From a virus (taxonomy: Duplodnaviria > Caudoviricetes), in the IMG/VR virus record IMGVR_UViG_3300042935_001404: a stretch of DNA of 64,000 nucleotides; one strand, written 5' to 3'. Below the pieces are notes generated by a model. The model had not been told where the DNA came from, searched no databases, and worked only from the letters and a program-made list of their open reading frames with translations. Shown in pieces: positions 21,201 through 28,904 of this stretch; within the stretch, counting starts at the first letter, position 1, and each line of letters starts with the position of its first letter. A program made the translations under genes and the position numbers.

Positions 21201-24200
21201 TGGTGCAAGGAATATTGACACTGAATGTTATAAATTTAGCGGCTGTGTTATCAAACACACGTTTGACTGTGTTGCCTGGTGTAGTTGGCACAGCGTTTGC
21301 TGACTTTGGATTTGTAGATTATGTTTACACACAGACCATAACAAGTCCTGCACCCACCATTGATGCATATTTTGGCGATGAAGTGGTCATTGACACAACC
21401 GCAACAACCCTAGTAGTTGGTGCGCCAAGAGGCAACTTGTACCAACCAGTTACATTTGACAACAACACAACTTATTTTGACGACCGCAGTACAGTGTTCT
21501 CAACAGTGGTTGTGCAAAGTGGTGTAACATACACATTTGATTATCTACCAAGCGCAACTGACTCTGCCACCAACCCGGGCCAGTTTGTATTTGGCCAGCA
21601 AATGTACGACGACAGCATTATTGAACTAGACCAGTACGGCACTGCTATCAGTTATGTAACAGGCAGATTGTTGATTGGATCACCTGGAAGTGATTTTGGA
21701 GACAGTAGCAATGCCAACTATGGCCGTGTTAGTGTGTTTGAAAATGCCGACAGAACCCCTGCCTGGACAGTGAAACACATACAACAACCAGTGGTTGATA
21801 TTGCGTTGTTAAATTCTGTTTATCTGTATGACAAGCTAGAATCTACTATTACGTCGTATTTGGATTTTATTGATCCGTTGCAAGGCAAAATTCTTGGTGT
21901 TGCAAGAGAAAACATTGATTACATTGGCGCAGTGGATCCTGCCAATTACAACATTGGACCTATTCGCAACGTTGGCAATCCCTGGGCCGCTGCAAGAATT
22001 GGAGAAATTTGGTGGGACACTAATTCAGTGCGCTTTATTGATCCCAACCAAGATGATATTGTGTATGCAAGTCGCCGATGGAGTCAAATATTCCCTGGCA
22101 GTAGCGTGGACATTTATCAATGGATTGAAAGTGATGTAACGCCTGCCAACTACGCAGGACCAGGTACTCCACTGAGTGTGTTAAGTTACACAGCCCGCTC
22201 TGAACTCAACACTGATAATATTTTTGCAACTCGTTATTATTTCTGGGTGCGTAATATCTCCACAGTGGTGACCACAGCAAACAAAAAGTTAAGCATAAAT
22301 GCCATTGCCAATTACATAGCAAATCCACGTGCCAGTGGAATCGCCTACCTGGCACCGCTGAATGCAAGCACTGTTGCAATTTATAATGTGATTGGTTTAA
22401 TCAGTGCCCAAGATACAATTTTGCACGTTGAGTATGATCGTATCAAGAACGATGACAATGTACACCAAGAATATGAGTTGATTGCAGATGGTGTTGCTGA
22501 CAGTTTCTTAAGTGCTAGCCTTTATTTAAAATTACAAGATAGTTTGAGTGGCATCAACGCCATTGGTTCACAGGTGCCTGATCCCAGTTTAAGTCCTGCA
22601 GAACGTTACGGTGTTGAGTTTAGACCTCGACAAAGCATGTTTGTTGATCGATTTGCAGCATTGAAAAATTATTTTGGATATGCCAATCGAATACTGGCAA
22701 ATTATCCAATATCTGAAACAAAAAGTTTCACACTGCTGAACAGCAAAGACCCTGAGCCAACTACAATTCAGGTCTACTATGCTGGAACATTCAACACAGG
22801 TAACACTTACACAATTTCCTATGTGGGCACCACTGATTTTACTGCAATCGGTGCAGCCAGTAACACAATTGGGGTTTCGTTTGTGGCCACCGGTTCAGGC
22901 GAAGGCTCGGGCACTGCTACATTTGTCAATTGGAACTTGCGTGTTGCTGACTTGACAGAATTAGGTTATCAAAATTTATCAATTGTTCCTATTGGTTACC
23001 GATACTTGGTAACCGCAGACTCCAGTAACTTTGGTTTCTGGACCATATATGATGTTACTGCTGGACCGCTTGTTGGATCTAAAGAACTCAGACTTGTTCG
23101 TGTGCAAAATTATGATACCAGCCGCTATTGGAGTTATATCAACTGGTATACGCCGGGTTACAACAGCACACTAAATCCTGTTGCAACTGTTAAAAATTAT
23201 GCAGAACTCGCCGAGATAACATTCAACACTGCCCCAGTTGGTGCAAGTGTCAAGGTAACAAATGCGCCTGCGGGTAAATTTGAAATTTATCAGCGTACAC
23301 TGACAAGTTGGGACCGTGTGGGACTTGAAGACGGAACCATTGAGCTCAGTGCAGAATTATGGAACTACGCACTTGGCAACTTTGGATTTGACGTTGAAGT
23401 GTTTGATGCACAGTATTTTGACCAAGAACCAGTGATTGAAACACGTAAGATTGTTCAGGCAATTAATCAACAACTGTTTATCGACGAATTGGCAATCAAT
23501 CGCAACCGTTCGTTGATATTGATGTTTGAGTTTATCATGAGTGAGTTTTCTGCTCCTGCTTGGTTATTAAAAACCAGCCTGATTGATGTTAACCACCGAA
23601 TTCGTTCACTGATTCCGTATCAAGCATATCGTCAAGACAATCAAGACTTTGTGTTAAATTACATTCAAGAAGTCAAGCCGTACCACACACAAATTCGTGA
23701 GTTTAATTTGCAGTACATCGGAGATGATGAGTATCCAGGCGCAGTAACTGACTTTGACAATCCTGCGTTCTTTGATGAGACCTTGACTGTGCCTCAATTC
23801 ATTGCACCGGTACTGTTGCCATACACACAGTCAACAGCAAATAGCCCAACCAATCCTGATGCAGATACTGCATCAAACGCTGAGATATGGACAGAAACTC
23901 CTTGGACAAACTGGTATAATAACTACACGTTAACAGTTCAATCAGTTGTTATCACCAACACTGGTTCGGGGTATACTGTTGCGCCAACAATTACCGTCAC
24001 TGGCGATGCCACTACGCCTGCAGAAATGACTGCTGTTGTTAACAGTGCAGGACAGGTAGTAAGCATTGACATTGTGAATTATGGCAGCGGATATATTACC
24101 ACCCCAATCATAACTTTTGTAGGCGGCAACGGATCAGGTGCCGCAGCCGCAGTTGTCATGGGCAACGACTTGGTTCGTCAGATAAAAACCACAATGAAAT

Positions 24201-26788
24201 ATGATAGATATCAGTATGTGTCTACCATTCAAGAATGGCAACCAAATGTAAATTATGACGATGGCACACAAGTTAGATATGTGGACCGTGTGTGGCAAGC
24301 AAACAGTCCAGACAGCACAGGTGTACAAACTGCTACATTTGATCCTCTAGACTGGATACTGGTAAATGCTGGCACATTGTCCGGCGTTGACCGTACTATG
24401 GGTTTCTACACTCCTACTGTTAATCAACCCGGATTGAGTTTGCCATTGCTGATTGACGGAGTTGAATATCCAGGCGTTCAGGTATTTGGTGTTGGTTACG
24501 ATCAATATCCCGGATTTGACGTGGCACCGTATGACTCAACACCGTTTGACAACTTGACATATGGTCCAGAAGGTCGTCCAACATTTGATCAGACCATACT
24601 GGATACTATTTTTGAAAGTCCCTACACAGATCCTTACCTGGGAACACGGCCCACCAGTATCAACATTGAAGGCGGTGAATACATTGATGTGTTCAGCAGT
24701 TATGCGCCAGAAGAACTGGTGCCTGGCAGTGAATTTGATACTCTTGATATACGTGTTTACACCACACCTGGGGCTGATTGGGCACGTGATGGGCACGGCT
24801 TCCGCGCAGAAGTGCGCAAGTTTACTGTTACGTCTAGCGGCCAAACTTTAAGTTTTGCCGACATTGCTCCTGTCCCTGCAACAATGTTAGTTGTAAATCA
24901 AACAACAGGACTTGACTTGATCATTGGCACAGATTACACAGCAAACTGGGCAGAACAAACTATCACGTTGGATTCCGGTGTGGTAGTTGGCAGCGAAATA
25001 GTAATCACAATGTATTCAATTGGTGGCGGCAATCAACTGTTCAAACAGTCATTTAATGGCGCAGAAGTTGGTAGTTCAGTTGTTGTACCAGTGAAATACT
25101 CGTTGATTACTCAATTTGTAATTTTTGCCAATGGTGTGTTGACCACAGACTATACATTTGTGCCTTACAGCACCACCAGCACCGAAGTGGTGTTTACCAC
25201 ACCGTACACCATCAACGATTACTTGATGATCAGTGCCATTGGACCAACAACAATTGACGACACCGAAATTGACTACAGTTGGTCCGTGCCTGTCACACAG
25301 TATATTACAGGGGTGTCAGGTGTGTTAGAGTACGACTTGACCAACAGCATGGAGTACACTAACCCAGACAATTTAGTTGTTACTTTTAACGGTATCCGTG
25401 CTAGAACGTCTGCAGGCATTGAATACCTGGCTGATGGCACAACAGACTACCTGTTACCAACACGACTGGGTTTTTCACAATCACTTATTGCAGACAACGA
25501 AGTTCGCGTGTATGTAAATAATATTCCGCAAGTGTTGGGCGTAGACTTCACAGTTGAGCCTTATGATCCTATCACTCCACGTGCAGTGATGTTTACTACA
25601 CCATTGACATTGGGTGAAAAGATTTTAATTTGTGTCACAACAAACACACAAGTGTCAGTTGTTGGCACCCAATTATTATTCAATACATATACTGGAATGA
25701 TACCATCCAATGGAGATATCATTGCAGTAACAAGTTGGAATGATACTCGTCAACAAGACATACTAACACAAGTTTACGTTGGTCCAGTAACTGGATCTGC
25801 ATTATTTGCGGAGCCCTACGACACTACTGATTATGATGTTGGACTTGTAACTGACGCAGCCGGATCTTATGACTATTCAGCAGTGCAAAGTGTCACACGC
25901 AATGATTTATATCTGAATAGAACAATTCTCAATCCTGATCGCCTGTGGGTGACACTGAATGGTCTTCAGATATTTGTCAACGATGGATTTACCATTGTCA
26001 ACAACACAATAGTATTGGCCAATGGCTATGTTATGTCCGCCACAGACGTTGTGATGATCACTGAGTTTACCAACAGCGTTGCGCCCGAAGCTATGGCATT
26101 CCGTATATTCCAAGACATGCGTGGGGTCCAGGCCACGTACCGTATCACACCTGCTACAACAACGTATCTGGTCCAACCACTCAGCACCACCGACGACGTC
26201 ATATATGTACACAATGCGGCTGCACTGAATCAACCAAATTTGGCAGCAAATATATGGGGATTACTGACTATCAATGGTGAACGTATCATGTACCGTAACC
26301 GTGACACTGCGGCCAACACAGTGAGTGGACTGCGACGCGGCACTGCTGGTACAGGCGTTGCTAGTCATGCAGTTGACACGGATGTGTATAATATCAGTCG
26401 TGGCAACTTGTTGCCACCTCAGTTCCAAGATTACCTTGTAAGTAATCTTGACAACGACATTTTGTTGTATCCAATACTGGGCAACGGAACAAATACTGTA
26501 TTTGTGGCCGAGCATGTAGATGTGTCTAATTTGGATGACAGTACCACCATAGAAGAAGCAGTGGAAGTTTACGTGGGCGGTATACGACAATACGGCGGAT
26601 ATGCTGTGATAGATCCAGGCCCAATGTGTACAGTAGAATTTGATACAGCGCCACCAGAAGGTGTACAAGTTACTATTTTGGTACGCAGAGGCGTATCTTG
26701 GTATGCACCTGGAATCAATACACCAAGTAATGGTGTGGCATTGCAAGATACTGAAACACAGGCCGCAAGGTTTTTACGTGGTGAATAA
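12263..26788 (+). CDS. Giant (4841 aa) baseplate wedge/adhesin protein, gp7-like scaffold with many inserted beta-domains
   Basis: Uninterrupted 14.5-kb ORF translationally coupled to gp6-like gene; YIQEVKPYHTQIREF motif, GSGY repeats, FG-GAP-like blades, VxVNGVxQ..DYT modules. Confidence 0.7.
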   Translation: MAKVRTVDFLPEIFQTSTNKQFLAATLDQLVQEPQFKKTQGYVGRRVGPGVNADDKYVVEPTRSRTDYQLEPGVVFRKTDSTVIKDAVTYPGITDALGTQGAFVDQSERLYTSEYYTWDPQINWDKFVNYSQYYWLPDGPLSVDVGGTAVPLTADYTVTRENGVYTFSNYTGSNPTITLLRNGNYTFTVAQNATETVNYRVTAATTSAYIIDYLPNPPLTLVRGNTYVFNLNLGVVSPFWIKTSPSQGRIDQYNTGVSRNGANTGNITFTVPQDAPDTLYYASETQFNMQGVLTIVDGTPGTGPGFWIQAEPGVEGVLPYAPNISSRDVLGVTNNGEDLGVVTFNVPESTAQSFYYGLTSIGSVDLATNLLFDQINNVFLSEFFAANPTGIDGTTNLNGRTLVFLNTTTGDDGWEVVSPFDPLPASGIGTGSYDSTAFAQAIPLTQPDRYSVWQITYVTSSGGQQYIQLNPVLPVAELEKFTIAFGNQYSNTGWYKDASGYFEEIPLLTAIKDTLYYQDGTDPGIFGQIRLLDQTNATTTYINDIIGKPNYTSSNGVVFTNGLKVQFRGSTIPAEYENQEYYVEGVGTAIKLLPVGDFITPEPYTQNALIPFDSLRYDEGNYDASLNAPLIPEYLTIGRASPDLNPWTRSNRWFHIDVINASATYNNTTPILSNSQSAKRPIIEFNAGTRLYDFGTQGKLPVNIVDFTITDALSTINGSLGYGIDGYEFVNGTRVIFAADTDSEVRNKIYVVNFITPDTVPPLIAQPIIDLVPADDSTVLVDQTVVTLSGLTTQGTSYYYDGITWLRAQQKTATNQAPLFNVYDSAGISFSDRAKYPSSTFAGSKLFSYATGQGAVDTVLGLPLRYLSINNIGDIVFDNNFYTDQFTYAIQNTAQTINISDGYSYQYVDRVIYERELGWQVAATPSLIRQQFQFAYDGSPLRFNINIPENTVVPAIQLYVANKYILPAEYTVTRTAATTTIILNNIYTPGSIIEVQVLSNDLSDNGFYQVPINLANNPFNVNSPYFTLGTIRTHYESIARNLIDFTGDINGPNNTRDLGNIGRYGTTILEQSAPLTLAGFFMRSSEYNIFKSLEFNDREYTKFKNRLLENAIRNEWGNLTTSEILDSVVTDLNIGKTNINSFYYSDMLPSGNVYTDTVYTVTPITVGIFDTLQTHSFTSANFLGLLVYLNDTLLTLNYDYTVATDGPTLTVTVPLTVGDVVTIREYADTAGNYVPNTPTKMGLYQAFKPEVFLDENYVNPTVVIRGHDGSITTAFGDMRDDILLEFERRIFNNLKTEGNPVPIPPEEVIPGYFRTTDYTQAEITTILGESFLTWVGQNKLDYKTQQYIANNPFTYNYSQAGDKEKDLPLLGAWRGISRYFYDTLSPNYTPWEMLGFSQQPAWWETRYGPAPYTQDNLVLWDDIQAGIVADPDGYYIKPDFVRPNLSTYFIPTGTEGQLLSPLDSVVGQYDPNAFRKSWVVGDGGPVEAAWWTSSSYPFAVMRLLALTRPAKFFSLFADRDLYKYSTEFEQYLYNGRYRLDANGVEVYGGNVDISTGVVTPVSKASYINWIVDYNQQLGINSTQALEEALANLDVRLCWRTGSFTDKEYLKIYTERSSPNSLNSSLLLPDESYDLMLYKNSPFASVAYSAVIVQLTDAGYAVFGYSTTDPYFDIYASRTSGELQTISAGGSTVRVPRQYTNDIVQVPYGFVFTNQSSVVDFLLSYGQYLTTQGLVFDTRENGYTLDWKQMASEFLYWANQGWAVDSLINLNPAALQLTAERPGAVVDSISVQNPENMLLDQNRTPFDARNLVIERLENRFTINGTNNQAISYVKLQFVSYEDIVILNNVSIFADLIYNPPTGARQTRVYVSAITTTEWNGTLNAQGFVLNRDNVKEWAPNIKYAKGEIVLYKNLYWSAQDIIQPKREFAYSDWVKSDYTKIQKGLLPNIANKADQLENSYNTQTANLEADNDLLSFGLIGFQPRDYMVALNLDDTSQVNLYQQFIGTKGTILSAEIFTGANLAKEIADYQIYENWAVLRGTYGANANRSYVELRLNEALLQSDPATVQIIEPGESSLANQTVLLNDVWRESYKLTSPDFLTTTTTQITDTALPSAGYVNINDVDITVFSLDDPSTIAANLDTIGNGTKIWVAKTNSYDWNIYRATQVPGRITRVTDNLDGTSLVAFTQVHKLSLGDILIVRFFNDAFNGVYRVLTTPTPTTLTVAYTFPNGNQTTITGSGIGFYLDTMRVAQASDIGTLSFANDLIPGAMAWVDNNGSGLWEVLEKQNVFAAGYALEPSNLVLDSGYGTSIAQAYENIAALVGAPLYDGGVGAIYPYLRGQGNLYEASPLMQLGTADTVGYGSALAIGYQDWAIVGAPQSYSGVGYVAILYRAPASNTFLQTQLLIAPDYLASAGSFGSSVAISRDERWAYVGAPAQDAVYAYGRVDLEIQEVTYIGDSVTTSFNYSNNLVFDLAHPAQITVLLNNSIQQYGVDYDLSATSVIFNTAPLQDLPIVITRNMLSQLDAETYYNVEQDSTDGSGILATFTVERVRGDYEVTITGPGVFYQIGDTLTIDAATIGGGTSPANDLVITITAIEGSGAITGFTYSGSGVSNTSVFDLSTTLYTATNLNSFSVRVNGVLQRPYIDYTFAGTTLTFVTLPAAGTKIEVETGSYFAYVETMTGPAGSGFGTSVATATDGQQIVIGAPTDVNNALINGSTYVYDRSVARYQVGVGETAVTTFALPAGFNTPVSVTLNNAFLTDADQILGGQFTVSGSDVILEDNVTLAVGDIIEVESNIFQLVQKITINKPFDQASFGSSVDLCSNNCSIYVGAPTDGTVLPGAGSVQRSVNQSRVYGVISSLIPNPVLTGGDTLRIDNYEIVIPNSPNNTVAGVVDAINTANEGVGIPNVRASAPGDLFFVGDGVVKTYDIGVTYSQYTTYNPLVYVDTVVQILNVDYTYNNSTGIISFITAPAEQSSIRVVQGILTLNVINLAAVLSNTRLTVLPGVVGTAFADFGFVDYVYTQTITSPAPTIDAYFGDEVVIDTTATTLVVGAPRGNLYQPVTFDNNTTYFDDRSTVFSTVVVQSGVTYTFDYLPSATDSATNPGQFVFGQQMYDDSIIELDQYGTAISYVTGRLLIGSPGSDFGDSSNANYGRVSVFENADRTPAWTVKHIQQPVVDIALLNSVYLYDKLESTITSYLDFIDPLQGKILGVARENIDYIGAVDPANYNIGPIRNVGNPWAAARIGEIWWDTNSVRFIDPNQDDIVYASRRWSQIFPGSSVDIYQWIESDVTPANYAGPGTPLSVLSYTARSELNTDNIFATRYYFWVRNISTVVTTANKKLSINAIANYIANPRASGIAYLAPLNASTVAIYNVIGLISAQDTILHVEYDRIKNDDNVHQEYELIADGVADSFLSASLYLKLQDSLSGINAIGSQVPDPSLSPAERYGVEFRPRQSMFVDRFAALKNYFGYANRILANYPISETKSFTLLNSKDPEPTTIQVYYAGTFNTGNTYTISYVGTTDFTAIGAASNTIGVSFVATGSGEGSGTATFVNWNLRVADLTELGYQNLSIVPIGYRYLVTADSSNFGFWTIYDVTAGPLVGSKELRLVRVQNYDTSRYWSYINWYTPGYNSTLNPVATVKNYAELAEITFNTAPVGASVKVTNAPAGKFEIYQRTLTSWDRVGLEDGTIELSAELWNYALGNFGFDVEVFDAQYFDQEPVIETRKIVQAINQQLFIDELAINRNRSLILMFEFIMSEFSAPAWLLKTSLIDVNHRIRSLIPYQAYRQDNQDFVLNYIQEVKPYHTQIREFNLQYIGDDEYPGAVTDFDNPAFFDETLTVPQFIAPVLLPYTQSTANSPTNPDADTASNAEIWTETPWTNWYNNYTLTVQSVVITNTGSGYTVAPTITVTGDATTPAEMTAVVNSAGQVVSIDIVNYGSGYITTPIITFVGGNGSGAAAAVVMGNDLVRQIKTTMKYDRYQYVSTIQEWQPNVNYDDGTQVRYVDRVWQANSPDSTGVQTATFDPLDWILVNAGTLSGVDRTMGFYTPTVNQPGLSLPLLIDGVEYPGVQVFGVGYDQYPGFDVAPYDSTPFDNLTYGPEGRPTFDQTILDTIFESPYTDPYLGTRPTSINIEGGEYIDVFSSYAPEELVPGSEFDTLDIRVYTTPGADWARDGHGFRAEVRKFTVTSSGQTLSFADIAPVPATMLVVNQTTGLDLIIGTDYTANWAEQTITLDSGVVVGSEIVITMYSIGGGNQLFKQSFNGAEVGSSVVVPVKYSLITQFVIFANGVLTTDYTFVPYSTTSTEVVFTTPYTINDYLMISAIGPTTIDDTEIDYSWSVPVTQYITGVSGVLEYDLTNSMEYTNPDNLVVTFNGIRARTSAGIEYLADGTTDYLLPTRLGFSQSLIADNEVRVYVNNIPQVLGVDFTVEPYDPITPRAVMFTTPLTLGEKILICVTTNTQVSVVGTQLLFNTYTGMIPSNGDIIAVTSWNDTRQQDILTQVYVGPVTGSALFAEPYDTTDYDVGLVTDAAGSYDYSAVQSVTRNDLYLNRTILNPDRLWVTLNGLQIFVNDGFTIVNNTIVLANGYVMSATDVVMITEFTNSVAPEAMAFRIFQDMRGVQATYRITPATTTYLVQPLSTTDDVIYVHNAAALNQPNLAANIWGLLTINGERIMYRNRDTAANTVSGLRRGTAGTGVASHAVDTDVYNISRGNLLPPQFQDYLVSNLDNDILLYPILGNGTNTVFVAEHVDVSNLDDSTTIEEAVEVYVGGIRQYGGYAVIDPGPMCTVEFDTAPPEGVQVTILVRRGVSWYAPGINTPSNGVALQDTETQAARFLRGE

Positions 26789-26794
26789 TCAAGG

Positions 26795-26800
26795 TAAATA
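26795..26800 (+). promoter_or_regulatory. T4-type late promoter core TAAATA
   Basis: Intergenic, 4 nt before the ATG at 26805. Confidence 0.6.
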
Positions 26801-26804
26801 AAGC

Positions 26805-26942
26805 ATGAATCAAAGTACACAACCTCAACAGCCAGTGGCACCGGCTAAGAAACCCAATGAAACAGGATCGATTTCTGTTGAAGGGCATATTCGTATTTTT
26901 GACCCAAAAACCAAGGAAGTCATAGTGGAGAAGCGAGCATGA
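26805..26942 (+). CDS. 45-aa small protein not in the ORF track (MNQSTQPQQPVAPAKKPNETGSISVEGHIRIFDPKTKEVIVEKRA)
   Basis: Fills the gap exactly: late promoter upstream, ATGA overlap with the next gene, and similarity to the N-terminus of the next protein. Confidence 0.75.
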   Translation: MNQSTQPQQPVAPAKKPNETGSISVEGHIRIFDPKTKEVIVEKRA

Positions 26943-27559
26943 TAATTCAGCCCGGCCTGGCCAAAATTGAAGGATTTGTAAAAATCCATGACCCTGTTAC
27001 CGGCAAAGTATTGGTAGACAAAAAGAACGCAATTCATTACGAAAATATATCCTATGCCATGGCTCAAACGCTGAGCAATCGCACTAGTGCTCAGGGCGGC
27101 GGCTGGATATATTCCATGGCGTTTGGCAACGGTGGATCCAGTGTAGACCCCACAGGTATTATCACCTATTTGCCCCCTAACACAACAGGACAAAATGCCA
27201 CATTGTATAATGAAACTTATGCCAAAGTGGTAGATGATAATTCTGCAGCCAACACTGACAGTGCCAATAACAAAATGACAGTGTTGCACACATCTGGTAA
27301 AGTTTACACAGATATTTTAGTAACATGCCTGTTGGACTACGGCGAACCACCCGGTCAACAAGCATTTGATAACAGTACAAACTTCAACGGTGAGTACGTG
27401 TTTGACGAACTAGGACTTAAAACATGGAACGGAGCGGCAGATAATTTGCGTCTTATCACCCATGTAATATTTCATCCGGTACAAAAGAGTTTGAACAGAC
27501 AGATACAGATTGATTATACAATTCGTATCCAGACGCTGACAAACCTTAGTGCGGCATAA
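26939..27559 (+). CDS. Baseplate/tail-collar-associated structural protein
   Basis: YVFDELGL...LITHVIFHPVQKSLNRQIQIDYTIRI; position between wedge and fibre genes. Confidence 0.5.
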   Translation: MIIQPGLAKIEGFVKIHDPVTGKVLVDKKNAIHYENISYAMAQTLSNRTSAQGGGWIYSMAFGNGGSSVDPTGIITYLPPNTTGQNATLYNETYAKVVDDNSAANTDSANNKMTVLHTSGKVYTDILVTCLLDYGEPPGQQAFDNSTNFNGEYVFDELGLKTWNGAADNLRLITHVIFHPVQKSLNRQIQIDYTIRIQTLTNLSAA

Positions 27560-27587
27560 ATATAGATATATAATTGCATTATAAATA
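27556..27587 (+). promoter_or_regulatory. Tandem late promoters: ATAAATA (27556-27562) and perfect TATAAATA (27580-27587)
   Basis: Exact T4 late consensus upstream of the fibre gene; GGAG SD before the ATG at 27610. Confidence 0.75.
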
Positions 27588-27609
27588 CAATTAACGGAGT
27601 AAGATACAA

Positions 27610-28893
27610 ATGGCATATACAATCAATCTAACTGACGGTACCTTATTTGCTACTATTGCAGATGGTACCATTAACACTTCTAGTAACATGGTACTAGTTG
27701 GTAAAAATTACGCAGGTTACGGTGAATTTTTAGACGAGAACTTTATCCACTTGTTGGAAAATGCGTCTAACACAACTGCCCCAACTGCGCCGTTGACTGG
27801 TCAACTTTGGTGGGACAAAGCCAATGGATTGATGAAAGTATACAATGGTTCTGCGTTCAAAGTTGTTTCGGCCGCAACTGCATCATCCACTGCACCAACT
27901 GGCAACGTGCAAGGTGATCTGTGGTACGACACAGTAAATGCACAGTTAAAAGTATGGACAGGCACAGCCTGGTTGTTGGTTGGTCCGCAGTTTACAGCAG
28001 GCACAGGCACAACAGGTGCTATTGTTGGCACAATCACTGACAATACTTCTGTTAGTCACGTGGTAATTGAATTGTATGTGAACAACAGCATTGTGGGAAT
28101 TGTCAGTAAAGATGCCGCATTTACTCCACAAGTACCTCTTACAGGATTTACAACAGTACGCCCGGGTATTACATTAAGCACACTGGTAGGAGCGCAGGTT
28201 CCGTTGTTCCAAGGCACAGCAACAGATTCACAATTGCTCGACGGTATTGACTCAACTGGTTTCTTGCTAAGAAATCAAAATCAAACTACAACAGGCACGT
28301 TCGGTGTGTTAAACAACACTGGACTCACAGTTGGTGTAAATCAAGATTTCCGTATTGGTGTCACTGGAACAGCGGCAACAATTTATAATCAAACTACCAA
28401 TGGTAACATTGCATTTAATGTCAACATTGCAGGTACACCAACACAGGTAATGTTGATCAATGGTGCAACTGGTATTGTGTCAGGTGCAAACGGCATCTAT
28501 GCCAACTACGCCGACGTTGCTGAACGCTTTGCTGCTGATGAAGTGTTGACAGCAGGAACAGTGGTTGAACTAGGCGGCTCCAACGAAATTACCAGAGTTA
28601 CCGACGAATTAAGCGAAAGTGTGTTCGGAGTCATAAGTACACGAGCAGCCTATTTAATGAATGCCGTTGCTGGAACTGACGAAACTCACCCCCCTGTTGC
28701 GATGACAGGTCGCGTTCCGGTTAACACCATCGGTGTTGTACGCAAAGGAGATAGGCTAGTATCTGCAGGCAATGGACTTGCTCGAGCTGCCCAACCAGGC
28801 GAAGCTACAGCGTTTAATGTTATTGGCAGATCCTTAGACAACAAAGCATCCACTGAGCAAGGCACAGTAGAAGCAATTGTTAAGATTAATTAA
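27610..28893 (+). CDS. Tail fibre-like protein with C-terminal chaperone/peptidase-like domain
   Basis: LVGKNYAGYGEFLDENFIHLLEN N-terminus, GQLWWD/GDLWYD repeats, C-terminal YADVAERF...VFGVIST...PVAMTGRVPV. Confidence 0.7.
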   Translation: MAYTINLTDGTLFATIADGTINTSSNMVLVGKNYAGYGEFLDENFIHLLENASNTTAPTAPLTGQLWWDKANGLMKVYNGSAFKVVSAATASSTAPTGNVQGDLWYDTVNAQLKVWTGTAWLLVGPQFTAGTGTTGAIVGTITDNTSVSHVVIELYVNNSIVGIVSKDAAFTPQVPLTGFTTVRPGITLSTLVGAQVPLFQGTATDSQLLDGIDSTGFLLRNQNQTTTGTFGVLNNTGLTVGVNQDFRIGVTGTAATIYNQTTNGNIAFNVNIAGTPTQVMLINGATGIVSGANGIYANYADVAERFAADEVLTAGTVVELGGSNEITRVTDELSESVFGVISTRAAYLMNAVAGTDETHPPVAMTGRVPVNTIGVVRKGDRLVSAGNGLARAAQPGEATAFNVIGRSLDNKASTEQGTVEAIVKIN

Positions 28894-28904
28894 TAGGATA
28901 AAAA

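Noticed and set aside
13839-26746. Many 60-180 aa alternative-frame and antisense ORFs within the giant gene
   Set aside because: Expected by chance in a 14.5-kb CDS; no motifs or start signals.
26825-27289. 154-aa antisense ORF spanning the mini-gene and the next gene
   Set aside because: The + strand is fully explained by two coupled genes with a late promoter; the product has no recognisable features.
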